64,000 nucleotides of DNA from Balanoglossus misakiensis (Eukaryota; Animalia; Hemichordata), in assembly GCA_040954595.2 (NCBI GenBank), contig CM082586.2, positions 3,702,349 to 3,766,348 on the forward strand. Direction: 5' to 3'. A program made the position numbers and the translations under genes. Under the pieces are notes generated by a model. The model was not told the origin of the DNA. It did no database searches and saw only the letters and a program-made list of their open reading frames with translations. Every line of letters begins with the position of its first letter. Position 1 is the stretch's first letter. This document shows positions 1 through 13,249 of the stretch, piece after piece.

Positions 1-4
1 GAGA

Positions 5-3000
5 ATTTTGTTTCCTGTGATCGATGACTGACAATATACAAGCAAAATACGGCCATTAACTCATAAATGTTCACGTTTTGTTTGTTTTGTTAACATAATA
101 CTCCTGCTAATTATCTCCAATGCATCTACATTAGTACAAACATTGGATTCACGCCAGACACATAAACGCACATATTATGGGTCGCAGCAGGATAAAGAAG
201 AAGATTTTTCTAGTTTCATCCTCGACATCTCTTATCTAATATTACAATCTTATCATACCGGGAAAACGAAGGGGATATCTAAACGCAGAAGTACTAATAA
301 CATTCAAGATTTATGACTTTCCGGAGAGAAAATGGTCGCTCTTAATTGACAACTTCTTCCACGAACGGATCTCGTTCGGTTTCTTTTATTTTGTGAACGA
401 TTCTCACTTCAAAGGACGGTGCCATATGACTTGAATATATATGTGCTTCCCGATATAATTCTATAGGAATAAAATAGCATTCTGTGTACCATTACTGTAG
501 GCTTGTGGATAGAAACAAACGTATACACTTCAAAGCAGTTGAAGCGTGCATGGCCAGAACCTTTTTTCTTATCTCTACTTTGATGTCTAACCCAACGGAA
601 AGACCTCGTAAGAGAACAGCAAGTCTAGCGTGAAGTGCCTCCGCTTGAACATACACGCAACAGGGGAAGCTGTCTCCTGGACAGGATGTATTCCCCGGAG
701 TACCTTCTGCCTTCTGTACAACGCCTCTCACGTGGAACACGCAGAGGTTACGTTGTACTGAAGAAAGCATGCATGAACTGTCGTTGAAATGTTCAGCATT
801 GTCAAATATACCAGAGTTCGTCCAAGAAAGTTCCCGGAAACCTTTATATCAAAGTGCTGATGTTCCACCGACACGTTTTGGACCTGATCATAACATATTC
901 AGACGCTACAGTTCTGCCGTACAGTCCCTTACTTATTCAAGAGGCAATTTTGGATAATGATACTACTGTGATAATAACACGTCAGTAACATTTCTGCTGG
1001 GAAAAATGTGCGACGTGGTAATGGCTTAGTAGTCCCCAGTAAGCCACATCAAATGATAAAACAGGGAGGAATTATGCCCTTCATGTACCTCTGGGGATAT
1101 ACGAGATATACAATTTGCCACGTATAGTCAATGCCATAAGGCAGTGTGCGGTAACAACAGACAAGATGGCGGCGGCCATAGTCAGTGTCGGAGATCGGGA
1201 AAAGACAGCAAATTTGGTGAAAAGAAGGGACAAAACTAAAGTCTACTTATACAGTTCGCATGAAATAAGGAAGGAAGCGAAAGCAGTCCACTATTTGAGT
1301 GCGTTGAACGCAAAATGTGTAGAACATTTGGATTGGACACACGGAATCATGCACATGCGCATAAGACGATCGTCTGTCTTTAAAATATTTATTATTCACG
1401 CATGTCCCCCAAGGGATCGGAAAGGAGTCCTAATCCCGCTGATATCCTTCTCGATACTCAGGCTGTCGTTAAACGCGGGCGACAACAATCACCACACTGC
1501 GACGTCATGTGATACAGGCGGTAATCTCAGCTCAGATTTCGTAACTTTTGACTTTGTAGACGGATTTGATGAATCCCCTATGAATTGACTTCAATCGTTA
1601 CTGTGCCATCAAAGCTTCACTTGGAAGATTTATATTTACTCGGCATTTTCTACACAGGTACAAACTCTTGTCGACCAACCAATCCTTCCCGACAGACTCC
1701 CCTTGAAGGTTCAAAACTGTCATGGTATATACTCTTAGTGTAATTATGTTTTTATATTGCAAATCGTAAGTTTTCCCGTGCAAGGTATGACATACAGAAA
1801 TAAATCCTACTACTGCCTTAAATTTATGTTTCTCCTGTATCGGAGAGAACCGCGTAACAATGATTTAGAATTCGGTAAAGTTCGGTCATAAAAAGGCGAT
1901 AAGCTATGACTTTCTCTACGTTTCCTGAGATTAGCCTATTTGCGACCATAAATATACGGTTAGCTATTTGTCATTTTGCCATCCCCTTTTATCGTTACTG
2001 ATAACTTGGGTAAGATTTATCGAAAGAGTTCGCGATTCTTTACCAATGGTGAATCCTGAGTACTGAATCAATCAAGAACGAACACAAGCAAGCAATATCG
2101 TGGAGAATCACAGATGCAGGTAGTAACGATAGGCTGTAATTTTGGAACGATCAACTATACTAGGCATATACTGCCATCAGTGTTAGTTACTTCTACTCGT
2201 TTTGTTTATTACGACGTTGCAAAGCTACCACACAACAACGGTTACTACTACTCCATAAAACTCATCTAATGGGGGCGCACAATAAGATTGAACGCTTTGA
2301 TCATTTCTTAGAAAGTCCGCCGTGAATCTTACCTGTACACGTGACAGCGCCATCAAGAACCAGGACTGGTGTTGTATGCCTATCCGTTCGTTTTACCTCT
2401 CCAGATCGTTCATAGACTGAAAAAGACATTATTTACAATCAGCCCAAGATTAAGCCAGACAATATCGGTCGAGAAAAACATATTATGGTCGCCAGCTTTT
2501 ATTGTATTCTGTGTCCTTGCAATACTATAGTAACACTTGAAAAACCTAAATCAATAAAGTGCTTGTGTGAAAACCTGCTTTCCTGACTTATTAGGATGTA
2601 CCTGGGAAAAAACAACTTTATGATGACCATGACTTGCAAAGTACTACCCTTTGTCATTTATTGATGTTTTTTCCTGGCAGTTAAGTGGCACTTACAAGAT
2701 CAATATGCCCGCCGGTTATATTTAAGCAAGGTGTCACTCTCCATACATACAAGGAAATATCACATATTAACGTCTTTAGTAAAATATTGGTGGCAAACGA
2801 TTCTGCATTTTCTGTGCGTCATCGTTCCGGTCACGCTGCTTATTCGGTGAAAGGTTCACGCATCGCTTCTTGTTGAGCGCTTCCCGAGAATTAATCTGCC
2901 GTATAATCGCATTTCGTGATATCGGGGCTGGCTCTTATCAGATGGAACCCACTTTTCCACCCTCGGGCTTTTGCGAAGACGATTTTTGGAGGAAGTATCC

Positions 3001-3750
3001 AGATATATTTATGTCTCTCGCGGCTGTTCCTGAGTTCACGGAACCTTGCGCCGACTCCATTTAACCTTTGAAGCCGACCACTTCTCGGAATATGGAGATA
3101 ATGTGAATGGGCGTAATTCAAGTAGTTCCAAGAAAAATCAGATGTTTCAATTTCGATAAGTACATGTAATTTTTAAATTTGCCAAAGGTTTTCGAAAAAA
3201 AAGTTGACTGCCCACCTTTGCCAGAAAATGTGATACCAGTGGTCTTGATTTAGCTATCTGTTGAAATTGTCTCTATGTTGAGAAGTTCGTACCTCATTCA
3301 AGGGAGATCTGTACGAGTACTTGCGATATATACCATGCGATCATTTATTAAACACTGCTCGCTTTTAGAATTACTTTCAGCGACCATTAAGCACCTATGG
3401 GTAGTAACGGATGTGTTTTAGAGTCCCGTGTAGACTCTTATTTAAAAAAGTGGGTCATGCACATTTTCTATTTCTCGGGTTGCCCACACATTTACGTTCA
3501 TGGCCGATGTTTGGGCAAGCTAATGGAAACTCGACGTGCCATCTAATGTGTCACACAACAGACATAAGACCGGATGCGTGGACTGCTTTGAATTTACTGC
3601 ATATTTAAAACAGGTCGGATTTCGTCTAGGGGACACCTGTTAACGTCAAGCAAACGGAAGACGCCCTCAGGGAAATTTGCCAGCAAACAACACATTCATA
3701 CAAACGAACACCGGCGTGGGGGCTTACGTCATGACGTCACGTCATATTTT
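5..3750 (-). other. Possible unidentified spliced transcript (candidate exons 2333-2416, 1640-1716 and ~560-757) below a CRE-rich promoter at ~3650-3750
   Basis: 2333-2416 is bounded by tctttttcAG and ACAG|GTAAGA and is open in phase 1-1 (YERSGEVKRTDRHTTPVLVLDGAVTCT). 1640-1716 continues in phase (VLNLQGESVGKDWLVDKSLYLCRKCR). The phase to the ~757 acceptor does not join directly and I recognise no homology. Confidence 0.25.
3724..3744. promoter_or_regulatory. Overlapping CRE cluster (TTACGTCA-TGACGTCA-CGTCA) with nearby ETS (CGGAAG) and GC-box motifs
   Basis: Sequence ttacgtcatgacgtcacgtca read directly; function is inferred. Confidence 0.45.
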
Positions 3751-4738
3751 TGGACAAATCTGCAGGGACTCCCCGGATGTAACATAATACGAACAGAAGA
3801 GAGTGAGAACAATAAGAGGTCTATGGAGAGTAAATCAACTCTCGCTCGAGATTGGCGACGACAAGTTTCCCAGACTGGACAGGCGTCGTGGGCTAAACTA
3901 AGTAGGCAGATGATATATGTAACTGCAGGCAATTAAAACGTCGTCAAAATCACAGGATGGATATTAAGCAGCAAACTTCAAAGGACGGGGGAGGTTAAGG
4001 TAGAACTATACTCATGTAAGATATTTCCGTTTCTGCCAGCATGCCAGCTGGTTTGAGTTATATTACATCTCCGAATGTTGAAGAGAAATTTTGTTCCATG
4101 TCAACATAATCTGTCAATGAAACGCGTCTACAAATCCGATGTGATGGATTAGACATCAGGTGGAATCGCTGTAAAGCATGATTGTCCCTCTTTATTGCTG
4201 AAGTTGCACACATGAATCTTCCAATATTTGTACGGAAGCGGTCATGACCGCGTGCACAGATGTCTGTTCATGCATTTTATCTCTCTTTCTGTGCAGAGCT
4301 GTCCGTCCGACTATCTGACTGCCTGCTTACCTGCTTCTCTCCATATGTTCTGTGTGTGCACTGTCATGGTGGTCAGCTCAGGGAAACATTAAGAGGTCAC
4401 TGCGCAAATGTTAGGGGTCACCGCGCAACTCCCTTTAGCGTAGCGCAGCCAGCGGTGGGATTGGGGCAGGGAACCAGACTAGGATCAAAGGTCTTTGAGA
4501 GAACTCGCTATCGATCTCTGAGACTAGGTTTGCTTTTCTTGAAAACAAGACACTGGACATACGAGTCATGCAGAAAAATAGTTCCACAAACAATGACATG
4601 GCAAAGTTTTACAAAATTGAAAGGATTTTATTCTCCCTAAAATATGATTCTGGTGAGTGGTTCATATTCTTCCAACATCCAACATTAAGACTCTTCCACA
4701 AAATCGTTTCTCAAAACTGTACCATTTGTACATTTGCT

Positions 4739-5057
4739 TTTATTGTAACTGGACACGTTGCAATCTCGACACAGTCAAAAACTTTCCAAATCTGTCTTAT
4801 TGTTTTATCTTCCTCTGGAAGAATATATATCTGATTAATAAACAAATAAATGAATGAATGAATAAGTAAATAAATAAATAAATATCTCGCACACGAAAAA
4901 CATCGCCGTGTGTTGAAAGTAATATGTGTGGCCTATTTCTACGAGTTGTGGTGAACTAAAAAGTCTGCTTCTATCAGTATTTCAGCGCTATGTGCACCGG
5001 CCGATGTGTCTTGTAGCCGGTATGCACGGACACTGACTTGGATATTCATGACAGCAC
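4739..5057 (-). other. Putative terminal 3'UTR exon of the CRH-type precursor gene
   Basis: Strong acceptor ctctttttttcttcttctctttacAG at 5058-5059. The upstream donor GAAG|GTAAGA at 6171-6172 needs a partner. AATAAA at 4744-4739, alternative at 4196-4191. Confidence 0.55.
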
Positions 5058-6190
5058 CTGTAAAGAGAAGAAGAAAAAAAGAGATGTCAAGATATGATTC
5101 ATCGTAGGTTATCATGGCGTGCACACTGTATCACCTGCATTTTGTGTCTTTGACTTACGTCAAAAGATTGTGTGTGAAATACATTTACCTCACTTATAAG
5201 CAGTAACCCCTCCACGTGCGTATTCTGCCCCCCCCCCCCCGTGAAAGAACGTTGCGTTGTCATTAACTGTATAAAGCATATGATAATTAGCGAGCAAGTT
5301 ATTTTCGCTTATTAAAAACAACCACGCTGTATAACATTTCTCATGGGGTGCATTAATACTCTGTAGGAGAGGCAATCCCAATATTCTTTAGAATCCTTAC
5401 AAAGGCAAGTCACAGTGGGCCGGAGAGGGGGGGGGGGCTGACTAATACAGATAGCGTTCGGCCGGTATCTCTGTGCCTACATTTTGAAATGTATAAGCAC
5501 TTAGGGCTTTTATGTTACCACTGTGCGTTGTTTTCCGCTCCCGTGGTGTCTGAGATCTGGTATTCCTTTAATGAAACGTATCAGTATGATAGCTATCGGC
5601 CACGAGTTTTGAATTGGCTTTGGAACCTCACGACTCTTCATAGATCATGTATAGATTCTCATGTGTCAGATATGCGCCACATGCAGTTATCAAGATCAGA
5701 ATCATCGACTCTCATGACAGAAGCTGGGCGGTGTGGATGGATGGATAAGAAGTTAAAATACTGTGCCAAGATTCAAGTTTCCTGTCTGATATTACCGAGA
5801 CCAATCTAAAAGTTTTTAAATATATCACAATTCCTATCATCATCATCCTCGCTCTCCCCTTTTCCATAACGCTTTATTTTTTTTTTACCTTTAGTGTTGG
5901 ACTGTCAGGTTTATTAGTAGACCAGACACTTGTAACTGACTATGAAACGGTGACCGGAGAAGAAATGCACTATATATATATAAATGGGATATAATGTATA
6001 GGGCTGGCCAAATTCCTTCGTAGGGTAATAGTCAGAAGACAAAACCCTTAGTCTGAGATGCAATGTTGTTTCAAGTTTTCTGATTGCTTGCCTGCCCCCC
6101 CCCCCCCTTCTCTCTCTCTCTCTCTCGAACTCTCGAATTCCGTCGAATTAACTATCGATCAAAGAATCTTACCTTCAGACTAAACTAGTC

Positions 6191-6405
6191 CTACGAGTCA
6201 AGGCGTTCCGCGGCGACATCTCTTCGTTTCCGGCCGGCATCGCTCATGAGATCCTTGTTTTGCTTGTACATTTGAACTCTCAAGGCGTGAACACGCTGTC
6301 TTTCCGCTAAGGCTTCTCTGTAGAGTTTATTCAAGACAAGATGCGCTGGAACATCCAGTGACGACAGACCCATACCCGGTAACGGTAATGGATCACGTTT
6401 AAAAA
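6191..6405 (-). CDS. CRH: CRH/DH44-family neuropeptide precursor, coding exon 2 (mature peptide exon)
   Basis: Acceptor ccttctcttctAG at 6406-6407, phase 1, matches the upstream exon. Encodes VFKR-DPLPLPGMGLSSLDVPAHLVLNKLYREALAERQRVHALRVQMYKQNKDLMSDA-GRKRR-DVAAERLDS*. It has a dibasic site, an SLD-x-x-x-H-L motif, a helical body, an N-x-x-LM C-terminus and a G-RKRR amidation signal, as in CRH (ISLDLTFHLL...SNRKLMEII-amide). Confidence 0.88.
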
Positions 6406-7237
6406 CTAGAAGAGAAGGAGACGAAGAGTGTCCATCAGTGAGACGCACAGATAATTGTATTATTGGAAAGTCGGGTTGAGCAAAGATTCACACATCAGTG
6501 TATGCAAGCCAATCCGGATTGACCACAATTGGAAGAAATCGTCCAGATCGTGTGGAATCAAATTACTTTTTAAATGTATGTCTCTAACTGAACATGCATA
6601 TTTCTAATAAGAAATTGCATAGTGTGTCATGTTTTGGGCAATACGACCCGAGAAATTGTGTGCTACATTTTCTGCAGCGGCGTAATAACAAGCGGTATTG
6701 CGGCAAGTTTGAAACTCAAAAGAAAACACGAAAATGGTAAAAAAAAAAAAAGATGTTGGTACTAAATTTTAAGCTAAGGACAAAAATATAAAAAACGTTG
6801 ACTGTAATGCCCAGTTAAGTACTGTTCTTATCAATGTTGCGCAACTCAAATGGAAAACGTTGTACTTGTAAGAACAGTCGAGACGGGGGACTCTGTGTAC
6901 AGCGAGGAAGGAAGGGTGACGTTTTCTTCTTGTGAGCTACACGACTTACGTGAAGCGTGAATGGGCAGACAGACAGCTGTCTCAGAAATATAATATTCGG
7001 TTTAACGGCGGTATATCATTCCACCTTTAATAAGCGACTCGTGGCGAGGGAGACGTCCGTTAGCACATGGAACAGGCGACAGAATTTGATGCAAGACGAT
7101 ACTTCGTAAACGGTGCAGAATTCAAGAAAACGAAGCGGCACGAAACGTACTCTCACTAACAGAATGTTTGAGACAGACTGTTTCAGACCTTACCTAGAAG
7201 CTAGGTCCGGGCAGTCAGGAAAGGAAATGAAACTCAC

Positions 7238-7394
7238 CTTGACCTTCTGTGTTTCCTTGGTTGAGTTTGGCAGAGTTGTGTAAATAGTTTTGCCATTCTT
7301 CTTCAGAGGGCCGGTGTATGCTATACGAATCTGCAACGACTGTGACTGTAAGTAGCACCGTCACTGAGAGCAACGCTAAACTGCAGTAATGCAT
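7238..7394 (-). CDS. CRH: CRH-type precursor, coding exon 1 (signal peptide plus acidic pro-region)
   Basis: Acceptor with a long pyrimidine tract at 7408-7409, ATG at 7394 (gaaATG), MHYCSLALLSVTVLLTVTVVA-DSYSIHRPSEEEWQNYLHNSAKLNQGNTEGQ, donor CAAG|GTGAGT in phase 1. The spliced precursor is 123 aa. Confidence 0.88.
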
Positions 7395-7549
7395 TTCCCA
7401 CACAGGCCTGCACGAAAGAAAGAAGAAGAAAAAAGAAAGTGAGGAAAAGGCGAGAAAATAACGTTACAATGGAACCATCGAACGGCGTATTGGTCTTCAG
7501 AAACTGGACGAGCCTTGTCCCGCAAAAACATCATGAAGTAAAGTCTCAC

Positions 7550-7643
7550 CGCATTTTTCAGAAACTAAGATATAGACCAAACGAATTCAGCAACGGCAGC
7601 AAGCTCACGACTCGTCAACTTATGAGTATTAATGGTCTCCACT
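7550..7643 (-). other. Non-coding first exon of the CRH-type gene
   Basis: Starts at an Inr-like TCAGT (A at 7643) and ends at donor GCG|GTGAGA (7548-7549). Confidence 0.65.
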
Positions 7644-7760
7644 GAGAGCAAGGCGCTCGTATTTGTAGTTTATACGCAAGTCTCAACAAGGTGACATCAT
7701 GACCGACAGATATGACACACTCAAAATCATGCACAAATCGCTGGCATGAAACGTCACGTG
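7641..7760 (-). promoter_or_regulatory. CRH-type gene core promoter: TATA box, Inr, CRE-like and E-box sites
   Basis: TATAAA at 7674-7669, 31 nt upstream of the Inr A at 7643. TGACATCA at 7692-7699. ACGTCACGTG (CRE half-site plus E-box) at 7751-7760. Confidence 0.7.
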
Positions 7761-10700
7761 TACGAGTCAAGCGTCAATTGGTGGCGCTCTTTCCGGGAGC
7801 CGGGGGGGGGGGGGAGCTTGAAAATCTGTTTTAAATAGTGTGCATATTTAACAAGTCCGGTGACTTCACGTTGAACACTGATTTCCAATTGACAAACCGT
7901 ACTCGCCATGTTTGTATGGCGATATAGGCTGGAAAACCCCTTCGGCAGATCGGGCCATGTTTGTTTTCCTGATGACAATCTTAGAAGTTTCCAGAACCGG
8001 TGCTCTCTGGCACGTAGCGGCGCAGAACCCAGCTGGAAACTAGGACAGCGCGCAGTTGTAAAAGTAGAACGTTGGGTGCGGGGGAGAATCAGGCTGTCAG
8101 AGAAAAACAATATCCTCACATCATCTTGTATTACAATTACCCGAAAAGTACATTTTGTTTATCTCATTAGAAAAAGGGAAGTCACGCTTCCTCAAGTGTA
8201 CTCTCAATTCGAAATATCTCCAAAATTGAAGCAATTTCGGTCCCTTCGAGAACACCAAAATGACTCACTTCAATGCAAACCAATTATATGTCTCTCATTT
8301 CATACTTATAAATAATCGTGTGTAATCGACCTACAAATTTCATTGACAAAGGATGCTGTACACAATATCGCTTGTTTGACTTATACATCTTCGTATTACA
8401 CACCGACTTCAGCGATACTATTAACCAAAAAGATGGTTTGACGCATTTTCACATTTTGCCGTTTTTCCATTTCGATCTGCATATCCGGTTGTTTCATTGA
8501 ATCCATCAACAATGAGTTCGCATTCCGCAATGTATGGCGCGTGTTTTACAGGTTGTGTTCGCGAGTTCCATTAGTTCAACATGCACCATCTGTTGCTTCA
8601 AGCGGCCATTTTGTCCGAACAAAGAGGCGTTGAACGCTACATTCAGATTCTTCTGAGCTTGGTGCCGTACAATTACTTAATTGCCTGTTGTGGCATCTCC
8701 AATCTCGTTTCCATGGCTAAAACTCGCCTGAGCGCCTGTACAGACGCTACTTCACCTGAATGGTGTACACTGCGTCACACAATAATCGACCAAACAGCAA
8801 CGTCAGTAATGATGCGGACAACCAGTTCCTAAAACTTCCTCATCTTATAAAACTCTGAAACAAATCTTTAACGCCAGCGGAAAAAAGTGGTAAATATATA
8901 TTTTTCATGTAATAGCATCTTAATTTGACCGTGAAATTCGAATGTGGGCATGAAACTTGATGTATTCCCAATCGTGGGCATGGAATTTCAAGTTGGAAAA
9001 TCGTGACGCGGATTAACGAAGCAAAGCTGCTTGAAAAGGTGTTCTTGCGTCAGGTACCGATTTCTCTGGCTCTTAATGATGATAACAAGGTTAAAAATAA
9101 ACAAAGCATTTAAAGGCGTCACTTTTTCAACAACAGTTTGCATATCGCTCGTGGATTAGTATTCCAAAGGGAGGCAATTACCAATGTAACGGCACAGTTG
9201 TTTTGGCACCCCTGGTAAACGTGAATTACCAACCCATGTCCACGTCCGTGCGAAGAAGAGTGTTACACCAATTTGCAAGAAAGGTCGTGTGGTAGACCAC
9301 ACTGCGCCTTGTAGTTGACAACCAATGACCCAGACTGCTAGATTATTAAAACAAACATTGCCATATTTATTAAAGCGTCAGTAGCGACATCTTTTCAAAG
9401 TATTTTTCGTATAGCCTTTGTTTCTAACTCAGTTTGTGCCATTCTGTTTCTACTCTTCAAAGGTGCGTATCTGTGTGTGCAGAATTGTGTCAACATCTAC
9501 CATGTCTATTGCAGTCACAGTTTGATATTCGCAAGCAAAATTTACTCATTTTGCTGTATTCTTTTCCACGGGTGACACGCGTAATGACATCAACGCGCTG
9601 GCGAGCATCGTCTGTCACTTTGTACAAGTGCCTCACACGCCCGGATGAGCGGCATACCAAATAGGTTAATAGGATAGGACGCGCATCGGCAACGTAAAAT
9701 AGTCATGAGTCAAATTTTCTATCGAGATATCTGACACCCGTTATCAGAAAGCCACAGGGTAGCAACGTGCAAAAAAACGGCCAGTTAGGATTCACCGGCC
9801 CCTCAAACTGCACATTTCATAACTACCCCAGTTAACGCACAGCGTTGTCAATACCTCCCGCCGGCTTCTGTCCGCGTTTGTATGAAATTTGGCAATTTGG
9901 CCGCCGCTCTGTGTCTTTTCGACGGAAATTGGCTTTGTGCTGACGCTAAAGTGATGCTTCGTGATCAATAGGGTTTGTAATTTGACAAGCCATGTTTCTG
10001 TCATTTCCTGTCTTTTCCTGGAGCCATAAGTTGAAGGGAAAAAATGACCGCTCATCTATGGAAGCGGTCCGCGGATTTACAAAAAATTCATTGTCTTCTC
10101 CTATTAAAAGCAATCTTGTTCTGTCAAATATGCGCTTAAAAACCGCCATTTTGTTCCTGCAAACGCCATCAGCCATTAGTATGTTGATTATACATAGCCG
10201 GGTACACGGTACAGTGATTAAATAGTATTTCGAAGACTGACAAGTGTTTACATCATCGATATCCTGTGGTCGGAAACTAATAACGACAACTTTGTGTGCA
10301 TCGCTAGACATCCTGGTGAAACGTGAAAAAGACAAAGAAACAAAAAAGTACAATATGACACAGACACAAACATGTATACACGTTCAATCTGTGATCCCCA
10401 TGTGCCAAATCTTGTAATACCGATTTAATGGTGGTTTGTGGATGCAACGAGATCTCTACACAAATGCATGTACTAGGGCATGGACACGTTGAGTCACCCT
10501 TGGTACTTTTAAATCTCAGTTGGTAAAACTAAGTCGATATCGGCTAAACCTGGTGAAGCTTATTGCTTGTGGAAGTGGGTATATAAGAACATCGCTTACT
10601 GCGTAGAAACCTGGCTTTTGGCCTTTACATATTTGCCTAACACTTACTCACGGTCCCTGTAGAGGGGCCGTGATTTACTACAGAGATAAGTAACTATAAA

Positions 10701-12049
10701 GGCATATCGACTCTGGTGCAGCACATATTGCCAGAAGGTTCGATTCGAAAGACTGCGTGAGTAATACCCATCAAACCTTTGGTGTAATTGAAACGAGATT
10801 TATTAAAATCGGGGGCACTGGATTTTTGTTATATTATGATTTAATTGGCGCGGGTTAATTTTGTGCAAATGGCCTATAAATTGCTTCATCATACGCCCTT
10901 TTCATAAAGAGTCGAAGCGATAAACATTCACCCATAGGTTATAGCTGAATGAAATACTCTAATTAAACGCAATAAAATATGAATAATGATCTCCGGTGAG
11001 TAACTGGCCATGTGATGCCATGGATGCTAATTTATGGCGCGATTACATTAAAGAAAACGTGTAAGTAATTTTGCGGCTGCTTTCTAGTCGCCATGACTTT
11101 CGAACGGATAATTCTATCAAAATGTACAGGATACAGCAACTCAACAAAAGTACAGTAAAACTTCATCCCTAATGAAGATTTCTGTCCCATAAACATTTCG
11201 TACTCTAGACAGTGCACAGACAGTCTTTGGGACACCGCAATTTTCCCAATTGACAAGGGCCTATCGTCGTCACATGCGAAGTTTCGTGACGTGAATGACA
11301 TTATACAAAGCTGCATCTCTCCAATTACAACGCCTATTTATATAAGTGTGTGTAATACGATGATACAATTGACATTTCGCCTGGTATTTGCAGGAACAGA
11401 GTAAAATGCCGTCTGAAGATAAAATTATATTTATACCTCATTGTTTGTCATGATGTACAGTGTCGTACAAAGTAACGATCGCATTGTTCAATTTTGCAAT
11501 GATGTACATTGTAGCAGTTACACTTTGCGCCTACTTTGGCGTGCTTGCGAATGCGTTGTATGGGACCCGAACACGCAGCCGCAGACTGGACGACACCTCC
11601 CTTTAAGAATCATAATTGTAATAACGTGTTGCTTGTCCACCTGTGGCAATTCCATGTACGAGAGTTAGACCAAACAGCAGACGCCGTATTGAAAACCAAC
11701 TGGGGAAGTATTGAGCTCAAAACATGAGGTGCCATCGCAAAGCGATGTCCTATAGGTAAAATGTAATGAGCCACAGGAAACCTGCGTTCAACAGATTCTC
11801 ATATCTGAGTAAACAGGAAATATTTACTTCAATGAGAACTCTTGGCCGCGCGATAATTGATCTCATCGGGGTAGGAAGGGCGCGCAGATGGCAACCTGCT
11901 GATTGTTATTGTTGTGAAATAAAAATGAAGGATTTTGTCACAAACTCACGAACTGTTGAAGATTGTGCAGAAAGTTAAATGAAATTTTCTGAGAGCATAT
12001 TCGTGCCGCGGACAACGAAAACTAAAGAGACTCGTGCTTCGGAGAAAAA

Positions 12050-12090
12050 ACAACCAATAGACGTTCCTGTGACGTCAATGAACACGTGAC
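12050..12090. promoter_or_regulatory. CCAAT + CRE + E-box cluster
   Basis: aaccaat (~12052), TGACGTCA at 12070-12077 and CACGTG (~12083) within 40 bp. Confidence 0.35.
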
Positions 12091-12961
12091 AAGTTTAACC
12101 CTATTTGCAGTTCCCCATTGTTTAATGTATGAGACACACGTTTCAATTTAACTGGCCAGCACTGCAGATAATAAATCACTATTTAAGGAAAAGATCAGAT
12201 AGGTTGAGTTACCTGTTCTCTGTATCATGGTGAAATTAATTGTAAATTACTCTGAATAATAACTTTGCAAAACAGATTGCAGTAAACTCAGGAAGCAGAT
12301 CAATGGTTGTTGATTGTTGGCCTTTAATATGAAGTTTGTAATCAGAGCAAATATTCACGATTCAAGCGTTCAAAACCTACATATGACACTGAGACATACA
12401 TTGTGATATGATAGGAATAATCATTTCTATATGGAAAATGGTAATTCGGGACTACTTTTCATTTGTTTCAAGTAGCTTGGACTTTTTATGATTGTCGCCA
12501 TTTCGTCTGGATCCACAGGTATCGCATAACGACAGCAGCAACGATATGGGATACGATCATTGATAGGATACTCGTGAAAGAAAGTACTACAGATTATACC
12601 CTTTCAACTTCCAATCCTGCATGCTGATTTGTGTCCTGATAAAAAACCAGATAGCTATCATCACCAATTCCTCTATTACTGCTATTGCCGTCCCATGGGT
12701 TCCGCAAAAACTGTTAACAGCGTTACGCTTCGGATGACACTGTTTTTTTCGAATTAATGCAAATCCTATGGGATGGTTGTATATTTAAATTGAAATGAGA
12801 AATGTACGAGGATGGACTTGACATATTCGGTTTCATATTTTAATAGCAAGTGCGGAAAGTTAAATGTTTACGTGTTTACTAAGAAGTGAAAAATCTCGGC
12901 GGTGGGCCTTTGTGTATTTTTAATAGTGGGATTCTCGAACGTCATTAACACCAGGTCGCTG

Positions 12962-12988
12962 TGACGTCATCTCGCATCTGTGACGTCA
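12962..12988. promoter_or_regulatory. Two perfect CRE sites in tandem
   Basis: TGACGTCA at 12962-12969 and 12981-12988, in CpG-rich sequence upstream of a + strand donor at 13261. Confidence 0.5.
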
Positions 12989-13249
12989 TGCTCGGCCACT
13001 GTTTTGCTGTATGTTTCGCCCAACCACGCTCTAGTAGCCTTAGGCAATGCTTGTCACTTAGTAACGCTCGACTTGAAGGAGGTCGCGCGTGCGACGAGCT
13101 TATCCGAAGAAGTGCGACGGTCATGGTCAGTTGAAAAGCTAGAATCAAACTCCTGCATACAAAGTTTTCGGGTTCATTCCGCATGGAAAGTGTCGCTGTG
13201 CGTTTTGGGCATGCGCAACGACTAACTCCTTTTGTCTCCTCGCTTCGCC

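Noticed and set aside
1115-1588. 157-aa + strand ORF containing AAGATGGCGGCG (MAAA)
   Set aside because: No recognisable domain or splice support. The motif is a YY1-type element common in non-coding and repeat DNA.
2870-3121. Overlapping GC-richer ORFs on both strands
   Set aside because: No frame gives a recognisable protein or consistent splice sites.
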